Assembly: GCA_963761335.1 (NCBI GenBank)
Contig: CAVXGR010000011.1
Coordinates: 1 to 64,000, forward strand
Source: an uncultured delta proteobacterium
GTDB taxonomy: Bacteria; Desulfobacterota; Binatia; HRBIN30; BPIQ01
Direction: 5' to 3'
DNA: 64,000 nucleotides
Part shown: positions 57,203 through 64,000 of the stretch, one piece after another
Layout of the letters: each line of letters opens with the position of its first letter
Numbering within the stretch: the first letter of the stretch is position 1
Notes under the pieces: generated by a model
Seen by the model: the letters and a program-made list of their open reading frames with translations, nothing else
What the model was told of the DNA's origin: nothing
Database searches by the model: none
Translations under genes and position numbers: made by a program

Positions 57203-57994
57203 TTACTCGCCGGTGAAGACGGGGCGGCGCTTCTCGAGGAAGGCCTGCATGCCCTCCATCTGATCCTTGGTGCCCGAGCAGCGCCTCACGGCGGAGCGCT
57301 CCTCGGCGAGGGCTTCCTCCAGAGAAGCACTGCCGGCGCCGACGACGCAGCGCAGGACACCGGCAACCGCCAGGGGAGGCATGGCGGCAATCTCCAAGGC
57401 GAGCTCGTGCGCCGCAGCCTTGAGCCGATCCAACGAGTGGACCTCGTGCACGAGGCCGATCCGCTGGGCTTCGGGTCCACTGATCTTCTTCGCACGCAGG
57501 ATCATGTCGAGGGCGCGGTCGCGGCCGACACAGCGGGTCAGTCGCGCCGTTCCGCCCCAGGCGGGAACGGTGCCGAGATCGAGCTCAGGAAGTCCGATCT
57601 TGGCGCCCTCGGCGGCAGCGAATCGGAAGTGGCAGGCGAGGGGAAGCTCGAGGCCGCCCCCGAGGCAGTAGCCGAACAAGGTCGCGATGGAGGGCTTGGT
57701 CATGTTCTCGATGGCGGCCAGGACGCGGAGGCGTTGGTCGAGCACCGCTTCGAAGCCGCCGCGGGCCGCCGCCCCGGTGAAGAGCTGCTTGAGGTCCATG
57801 CCGACCGAGAAGTTCTGATCGCCCGATGCGGTGAATACGAGCACCCGGACTTCCGGATCGTTGGCGGCGTCATTGACGGCCCGCTCCACGGCGTCCATGT
57901 ACTCGAACGTCATGCGGTTCATCGGCGCATCGTTGTTGGTGAGGGTGAGGACTCCGCCGTCGCGTTCGATGAGGAGCGGTTCGCGGTCGGTCAT
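57203..57994 (-). CDS. Enoyl-CoA hydratase/isomerase family protein
   Basis: FSVGMDL, CLGGGLELPLAC, GLPE...G..PAWGGT, AFLEKRRP. Confidence 0.92.
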   Translation of the reverse strand: MTDREPLLIERDGGVLTLTNNDAPMNRMTFEYMDAVERAVNDAANDPEVRVLVFTASGDQNFSVGMDLKQLFTGAAARGGFEAVLDQRLRVLAAIENMTKPSIATLFGYCLGGGLELPLACHFRFAAAEGAKIGLPELDLGTVPAWGGTARLTRCVGRDRALDMILRAKKISGPEAQRIGLVHEVHSLDRLKAAAHELALEIAAMPPLAVAGVLRCVVGAGSASLEEALAEERSAVRRCSGTKDQMEGMQAFLEKRRPVFTGE

Positions 57995-58205
57995 TGGCGA
58001 TCTCCTTAGGCGGCAGAAGCATCAGATCGGACGACGGTGGTCAAGCTGCACCGCCGGCCTTGGTCCTCTCGGTCCCCTGGGTCGGCCGTCGTGGCAGTTT
58101 TTCTGGGCCCGTGCTATCGATCGTTCGTGCGTCGGCCAAAGGCGCGCCAGCGGAGGCGAGCTGTCTCGCCCCATCTGATGTGCCCGCCAAGGAGGTGTTC
58201 CGTCC

Positions 58206-59063
58206 ATGACAAAGGTCCTTGAGAAGGGTCGGTTCCGGTGTGGCCGCTACGAGCTCGCCTATGAGATTCACGGAGACTCGGGCGTTCCCTGCGTGCTTCT
58301 GCACGGGCTCTTGCTCGATTCGCTGGTGAACCGGGGCCTCGCGGCGCGCTTCGTGAGCCGAGGCTACCGGGTGATCCTTCTCGACCTGCTCGGCCATGGG
58401 GAGAGCGACAAGCCCATCGACCCGCGCGACCTGCGCATCGACTTCTTTGCCGAGCAGACGCTCGCGCTCCTCGACCACCTGGGTATCGAGAGGGCGCTCG
58501 TCGGCGGCGTGTCACTCGGCGCGATCACGGCGCTGCAAGTCGCCGTACAGGCCCCGGAACGCTGCATCGGCCTGTTCATCGAGATGCCGGTGATGGAATG
58601 GTCGACGATGTTCGCAGCGCTCCTGCTCGTGCCGCTGATCGCCCTCGTGGACTGGGGCTCGTTCATCGGTCGCCCGCTCGCGCGCCTGGTGCGCCGTATC
58701 CCGCGGCCGAACAGCGATCTGCTCGCCAGCTTTCTCAATGCCGCCTCCGCGGAGCCGGAGGTCATCACCGCCGTCCTGCACGGCATCCTGGTCGGCCCGG
58801 TCGTGCCACCCGCAGAGCGTCGCCGGCAGCTGACCATGCCCACGCTGGTGATTGGCCATCGCGGCGACCGGCTGCACGCGCACCGTGACGCGGCGGCGCT
58901 TGCGAACGAGATGCCGAACGCGCGCTTGCTCGAGACGCGCTGGATGGGCGAGCTGCACGTCACCCCGGACCGCCTCTGGCCGCAGATATGTGGCTTTCTC
59001 AACGAGGTGAGCGCTGTCGCCCGCAGCGCGGAGGAGCGCCGGATGGGCAACGCGCCGAATTGA
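58206..59063 (+). CDS. Alpha/beta fold hydrolase
   Basis: LLHG, DLLGHGES, GVSLGA. Confidence 0.85.
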   Translation: MTKVLEKGRFRCGRYELAYEIHGDSGVPCVLLHGLLLDSLVNRGLAARFVSRGYRVILLDLLGHGESDKPIDPRDLRIDFFAEQTLALLDHLGIERALVGGVSLGAITALQVAVQAPERCIGLFIEMPVMEWSTMFAALLLVPLIALVDWGSFIGRPLARLVRRIPRPNSDLLASFLNAASAEPEVITAVLHGILVGPVVPPAERRRQLTMPTLVIGHRGDRLHAHRDAAALANEMPNARLLETRWMGELHVTPDRLWPQICGFLNEVSAVARSAEERRMGNAPN

Positions 59064-59091
59064 TCACAGGTTGGCGAGGCAAGACCCGCGA

Positions 59092-59340
59092 TCAGTCGCC
59101 CGTCACGCGGCGAATAACCTGGGTCGCGCTGGCCTTTGCCACGATGTCGCCGTCGCTCCGTGTGAACGTGGCCTCGACGTGTGCAGCGGTGCGGCCGCGG
59201 TGCAAGACGACCGCATCGACCCGAACATCGCCGTCGCCTTCGCGCAGCAGACGGAAGTAGCGGACCTGGAGCTCTGCCGTCGCGAACGCCTCGTCGTCGT
59301 CGACGACCGTCAAGGTCGCGAAGCTCGTCGGCTCGAGAGG
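59092..59340 (-). pseudogene. PaaI-like hotdog thioesterase, N-terminal half missing
   Basis: FATAELQVRYFR..VLHRGRT..VEA..VAKASAT; the HGG..D segment is absent; the upstream ATG at 59350 is out of frame. Confidence 0.6.
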
Positions 59341-59446
59341 GGGAAGCCATTCCGGCCGGATGAGAACGCACGGCCGCAATCGAGCAGGCGAGCTTGCCGC
59401 CATCTCTCGCCAGGTTCAACAATTCGGTGCTAGATTCGCCCGATCC

Positions 59447-62400
59447 ATGGCCCAGCCCCTACGCATCCTACTCATCGAAGACCTCGAGGATGACGCGCTG
59501 CTGCTCCTTGGCGAGCTGCGCCGCGGGGGCTACGAGCCGACGTGGGAACGGGTGGATACCGCAGCGGCTCTGTCTGCGGCGCTGGGGCGACAGACGTGGG
59601 ACATCATTGCGTGCGACTGGGTCATGCCCCGATTCAGCGCCCCGGATGCACTGAAGCTGCTCAAGCAGCACGGCGTCGATATACCGATCATCATCGTCTC
59701 CGGTGAGGTCGGGGAAGAGGTAGCCATTACCGCGATGAAAGCCGGGGCTCACGACTACGTCAGCAAGTTCCGGCTCCAACGGTTGGTGCCCGCCATCGAT
59801 CGGGAATTGCGTGAAGCCCGTGAACGCCGCGCCCGCCGGCAGTCAGAAGAGGCCCTGGAACGCGAGCGAGAGCTGGTGACCTCCGTGCTCGACACGGTGG
59901 GGGCATTGGTCGGGGTGGTCGACAGGGAGGGGCGGATCGTCCGCTTCAACCGCGCCTGCGAGCAGACCCTCGGCTACTCCTTCGATGAAGTCCGCGGACG
60001 TCCCTTCTGGGATCTGTTGCCGATGGCGGGCGAGGTCGATCCGGCCAAAACAATCTTCGAGCGGCTGCTCGCCGGAAAGTGGCCAATGCAATACGAGACC
60101 TATTGGTACACGCGCCAAGGTGGGCGCATACGCCTGGCCTGGTCGACCAGGTTTCTCAGCAACGAGGCGGGCGAGGTGGAGTACGTCATTGGAAGCGGTA
60201 TCGACATCACCGAGCGAAAGCGATCGGAGGACGCCCTTCAGGCCAGTGAGACCCGCTTTCGCTCCCTGATTGAAAAGTCACTCGATCTCATTGCGATCAT
60301 CGACGCCAACGGCAACTACCGGTACGTCAACCCCGCCCATGAGGTGGCCTACGGGCGCACCGCGGACGAGATGGTGGGTACGAGCGCCTTTGAGACCTTG
60401 CACCCCGACGACGCGCGCGAGCTGCCGGAGCGCCTGGCCGCGGCGATTCGCAGCGGTGAGACGATGGCGACGGTCGACTATCGCATTCGCCACAAAGACG
60501 GCTCCTGGCACCCGGTCGAAGGGATGGCCCTCAACCTGTTTGACGATCCTGCCATTGGCGGGCTGCTGGTCACCGGCCGGGACATCACCGAGCGCCGGCT
60601 GGCGGACCAGCGCGTCACCGATGCGTTGAACTACACGCAGACCATGCTCGACGCGTCGCCGGTCGGGATCATCACATACAGCGCCTCGGGTGACACCGTT
60701 TCGACGAACGAAGCCGCGGCTCAGCTGATCGGCGCGACGATTGATCAGGTGAAGGTCCAGAACTTCCGCCAGCTCGAGTCCTGGCGGGTCTCGGGGTTGC
60801 TCGCGGCCGCAGAGAAAGCCCTCGCCACCGGCGAGGAGCAGCAGATCGAGACCAGGTTCATCACCAGCTTCGGCAACCCCGTGTGGCTCGCCGTGCGCCT
60901 CGTACCCTTCCAGTTCGAGGGGGAGAGACGACTGCTCACCCTGTCGACGGATATCGGCGAGCGCAAGCGAGCCGAGGAAGCGCTGGCAAAGACGGCGCAA
61001 TATCTGCTCGCCGCGCAATCGATCGCCCACGTGGGAAGCTGGGAATGGAACGTCGAGACGGGGGATCTGTGGTGGTCCGATGAAACCTATCGAATCTTTG
61101 GCCTCCAGCCGGGACAAGTGCATCCCAGCTACGGAGTGGCGCTGGATTTTGCCCATCCGCACGACCGGGAGCGGTACGAAGCGACTCTGCGGAGAGCGGT
61201 TGAGTCGGGGGAGAGATTCTCCGTCGAAATCCGAATCATACGCGCCGACGCCACCGAGGGAACGATCACCGTCGCGGGCGGTGTCTTCGGCGCGGAACAG
61301 GGGCAATCGCGTGTCTTCATAGGCGTCGTGCAGGACATCAGCGAGCGCAAGCACGCCGAGCAGTTGCTGCAGACCCGCGAGCAGCAGCAAGCCACGATTG
61401 CCCAGCTGAGCCAGCTCGCCTTGTCGAGCGCGGACCTTTCCGACCTGATGAGGGAAGTCGTCCAGCGCTCGGCGCGCACCGTCCAAGCCGAGCATTGCGA
61501 GGTTCTCGAGCTGCTCCCCGACGGCGAGACGCTGCTCCTGCGCGCCGGTCCGGACTGGCTGGCCGCAGCGGTCAGCCACGGCACCTTCACCGTCAGCAAG
61601 GCGTTCCCGGCCGGCCATACGGTGCTCACCGGCGAGCCCGTGATCATCAACGACACAGGCGCCGACGAGCGCTTCTCGGCCGCACCGCTCATTCATGCTC
61701 TGGGCTTCACGAGTGGCATGACGGTGTTGATCCGAGTCCAAGGTAAACCCTTCGGCGTGCTCGGAGCGTTCAGCCGCCAAGCGGGAAGGTTCACCCAGGA
61801 CGATCTCCATTTCCTCCAGGCGGTCGCCAATGTTCTGGCGCAAGCGATCGAGCAGAAGCTGGCCGAAGACGAGATTCGCACCCTCAACGAATCGCTCGAG
61901 CGACGCGTGGGCGAGCGCACCGAGGAGCTGATGACCGTCAACGAAGAGCTGGAAGCGTTCAGCTACTCGGTGTCGCATGATCTCCGCGCCCCGCTGCGGC
62001 ACATCGCGGGATTCAGCCGTATCCTGCTGCAAGATTATGCGCCGCAGCTGGGCACCGAGGTCATGCAATACCTCGACAGGATAGAGGCGAGCACGCAGCA
62101 CATGGGACAGCTCATCGAAGACCTGCTCAACCTCTCTCGGGTGACGCGCACGCAGATGGTGCGGCAGGCGGTGCACCTGAGCGATCTGGCACAGGCCATC
62201 GCCGCGGACCTGCAGAGCAGCGCACCGAACCGATCGGTGGAGTTCGTCATTGCGCCGGGGCTCGCGGCCGAAGGCGACCCGCGCCTGCTGCGCGTCGCGC
62301 TCGACAATCTCCTCGGCAATGCCTGGAAGTACACGAGCAAGCACCCCGCCGCGCGGATCGAGTTCGGGGCGAGCGAATGCGACGGAGAGGTGGTGTACTC

Positions 62401-62638
62401 GGTGCGGGACGACGGCGCCGGCTTCGATATGACCGATGCAGCAAAGCTGTTTCGGGCCTTTCAGCGGTTCCACTCGACGAGCGAATTCGAGGGGACGGGC
62501 GTGGGGCTGGCCATCGTGCAGCGGATCATTCGTCGGCACGGCGGCCGGATCTGGGCCGAGTCGGAAGTCGGCAAAGGGGCAACCTTCTGTTTCACATTGG
62601 GGCGCCGGCCCGCCGGCCGCGGAAGCTCCCGTCGGTAG
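59447..62638 (+). CDS. Hybrid sensor histidine kinase (REC-4xPAS-GAF-HisKA-HATPase)
   Basis: ILLIED/ACDWVMP/AHDYVSK receiver; four DI(T/G/S)ER PAS ends; GAF; SVSHDLRAPL; NAWKY, DDGAGF, GTGVGL. Confidence 0.93.
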   Translation: MAQPLRILLIEDLEDDALLLLGELRRGGYEPTWERVDTAAALSAALGRQTWDIIACDWVMPRFSAPDALKLLKQHGVDIPIIIVSGEVGEEVAITAMKAGAHDYVSKFRLQRLVPAIDRELREARERRARRQSEEALERERELVTSVLDTVGALVGVVDREGRIVRFNRACEQTLGYSFDEVRGRPFWDLLPMAGEVDPAKTIFERLLAGKWPMQYETYWYTRQGGRIRLAWSTRFLSNEAGEVEYVIGSGIDITERKRSEDALQASETRFRSLIEKSLDLIAIIDANGNYRYVNPAHEVAYGRTADEMVGTSAFETLHPDDARELPERLAAAIRSGETMATVDYRIRHKDGSWHPVEGMALNLFDDPAIGGLLVTGRDITERRLADQRVTDALNYTQTMLDASPVGIITYSASGDTVSTNEAAAQLIGATIDQVKVQNFRQLESWRVSGLLAAAEKALATGEEQQIETRFITSFGNPVWLAVRLVPFQFEGERRLLTLSTDIGERKRAEEALAKTAQYLLAAQSIAHVGSWEWNVETGDLWWSDETYRIFGLQPGQVHPSYGVALDFAHPHDRERYEATLRRAVESGERFSVEIRIIRADATEGTITVAGGVFGAEQGQSRVFIGVVQDISERKHAEQLLQTREQQQATIAQLSQLALSSADLSDLMREVVQRSARTVQAEHCEVLELLPDGETLLLRAGPDWLAAAVSHGTFTVSKAFPAGHTVLTGEPVIINDTGADERFSAAPLIHALGFTSGMTVLIRVQGKPFGVLGAFSRQAGRFTQDDLHFLQAVANVLAQAIEQKLAEDEIRTLNESLERRVGERTEELMTVNEELEAFSYSVSHDLRAPLRHIAGFSRILLQDYAPQLGTEVMQYLDRIEASTQHMGQLIEDLLNLSRVTRTQMVRQAVHLSDLAQAIAADLQSSAPNRSVEFVIAPGLAAEGDPRLLRVALDNLLGNAWKYTSKHPAARIEFGASECDGEVVYSVRDDGAGFDMTDAAKLFRAFQRFHSTSEFEGTGVGLAIVQRIIRRHGGRIWAESEVGKGATFCFTLGRRPAGRGSSRR

Positions 62639-62677
62639 GGCAACTCCCTCCGGCGCACGCAGCGCATCTGGTCCACT

Positions 62678-63400
62678 CTAGAGCTTCTTCCAGAATCGCT
62701 CCAGCGCGGCGGCGGCCTCGGCCGGGCGCTCGAGCGGCCACCAGTGCCCACAACCTTCCAGCAACAGGAGCTCGCCGCCGACGCGGGCGGCGAGCCGTTC
62801 GCCGAAGACCGGCGCCACGTAGGGATCCTCCTTCGCCCACAGGATGAGCGCCGGACGGGTGATCTTCTCGACGCCGGCCTGCCACTCGCGGCCCACGTCA
62901 ATGGCCGAGCGATAGAGGCGCAGGATGGCGTCCTTCATCGTCGCGTCGACGTAGCCCGCCGACTCGCGGGCGTATTCCTGCGGGACACCGCCGGCGACGA
63001 GTGCGTCAGCGAGGGCTTCCGGCGTAAACATTGACATGATCTGCTCTCCCACGCCCGGCGTCTGCCATTGCTGGGCGAGATCGTGCCACACGTAGTCGAC
63101 GTCGATCGGGCCGTCCCCGCACGCCCAGGTGCGGATGAGATCGGGCCGCAGCGAGACGGTGCGCTGCACGAGCAGCGAGCCCCAATCGTGTCCGACGAGA
63201 TCCACCGGAACACCGATGCCTTCGAGCTCGCGGATCAGCCAGTCGACGTACGCGTCCTTGGTGGCGGGGAAGCCCGCCGGCATGGTCGCGGCGAAGCCGG
63301 GAAGAGCGACGGCGACGACGTCCGATCGCTCGAGATGAGAGCGGAGCGGATTCCACAATCGATGCGTATCGGGGACACCGTGAACCAGTACTGCGGGCAT
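62678..63400 (-). CDS. Alpha/beta fold hydrolase (epoxide hydrolase-like)
   Basis: HGVPD, GHDWG, EDPYV, GHWW; GGAGGAGGAG RBS. Confidence 0.87.
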   Translation of the reverse strand: MPAVLVHGVPDTHRLWNPLRSHLERSDVVAVALPGFAATMPAGFPATKDAYVDWLIRELEGIGVPVDLVGHDWGSLLVQRTVSLRPDLIRTWACGDGPIDVDYVWHDLAQQWQTPGVGEQIMSMFTPEALADALVAGGVPQEYARESAGYVDATMKDAILRLYRSAIDVGREWQAGVEKITRPALILWAKEDPYVAPVFGERLAARVGGELLLLEGCGHWWPLERPAEAAAALERFWKKL

Positions 63401-63459
63401 GTTCTCCTCCTCCTTCGCTCAGCAGCGCTCGCCGAAGCCGCTCCTCCGTGGAGGAACCC

Positions 63460-63863
63460 GAGGCTGGCCGATGGTGAAGATCCAGTCGCGCTATTGGTAC
63501 AGCGACGACTGGCCAAAGAAGGACGAGACCTTGCGCACCACGTTCACCTACTACGAGGAGGTGATGAGCCCCGGCTTCGTGCGCATGTACTTCGGCATGG
63601 CCGCCGACCAGGTGGGCCACAGCCTGTTCGACATCGCCCGCGAGATCCCGCAACCGACCTGGCTCGGCTGGGGCGACCGAGACAACGGCGCCAACATGGG
63701 CGCGGGGGTCAAGCGCCTGCAGGGCCTGCTACCGCACTGCGAGCTCCGCGTCTTCCCCGGCGCCCGCCATTCGTTGGCCGCCGAGGTCCCGGACGAGCTC
63801 GCCGGGGCGATCGAGGAGTTTCTCGATCGGCCCTCTGGCCGAGGTGGCGGACCGCCCAGCTGA
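63460..63863 (+). pseudogene. C-terminal fragment of an alpha/beta hydrolase
   Basis: PTWLGWGDRD..LRVFPGARH..AIEEFL; no nucleophile motif and no room upstream for one. Confidence 0.6.
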
Positions 63864-64000
63864 CGCAACCCGAGAAATCCACCGCGGAGTGACGCTGCCC
63901 GTGTGACCGGCTATGAGACGCGAAAACGAGAAGATTCTGGCATGTCCGCTGCAGCACTCCCTGCATCCGTTCGGCTACCGTGTATAGCCCGTCTCGTTCG

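Overview
This is a high-GC bacterial accessory region. The Pro/Thr-linker plus dockerin-like and DUF1566 secreted proteins suggest a Binatota/deltaproteobacterium-like host, which is an inference only. The left end holds an apparently intact four-gene Wadjet type II (TIGR02677/78/80/79-like) defence operon, flanked by decayed ParDE-like and HNH remnants. The rest is a mosaic of short unrelated gene blocks separated by IS481-like ends, an IS21 fragment and a MITE carrying REP-like hairpins. Several genes are collapsed by internal deletion (HNH, nfnAB-like, Lgt-like/sulfatase, PaaI). The best candidate for an undescribed system is a two-gene module present twice (12588-14938 + and 30058-32359 -). 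Each copy encodes a signal-peptide-bearing, phage-tail-fibre-like protein with a conserved ~170-aa base and a swapped tip (one tip carries a peptidase S74 chaperone). It is followed by a secreted partner with a 'TIDGG..GFW' domain, a Pro/Thr linker and a dockerin-like tail, and no phage or CIS structural genes lie nearby. A second notable unit is an asnB / two adenylate-forming ligases / YdcF / M23 / tandem-Lrp cluster. No rRNA, tRNA or CRISPR array was seen. All product calls come from motif recognition by eye, not from database searches.
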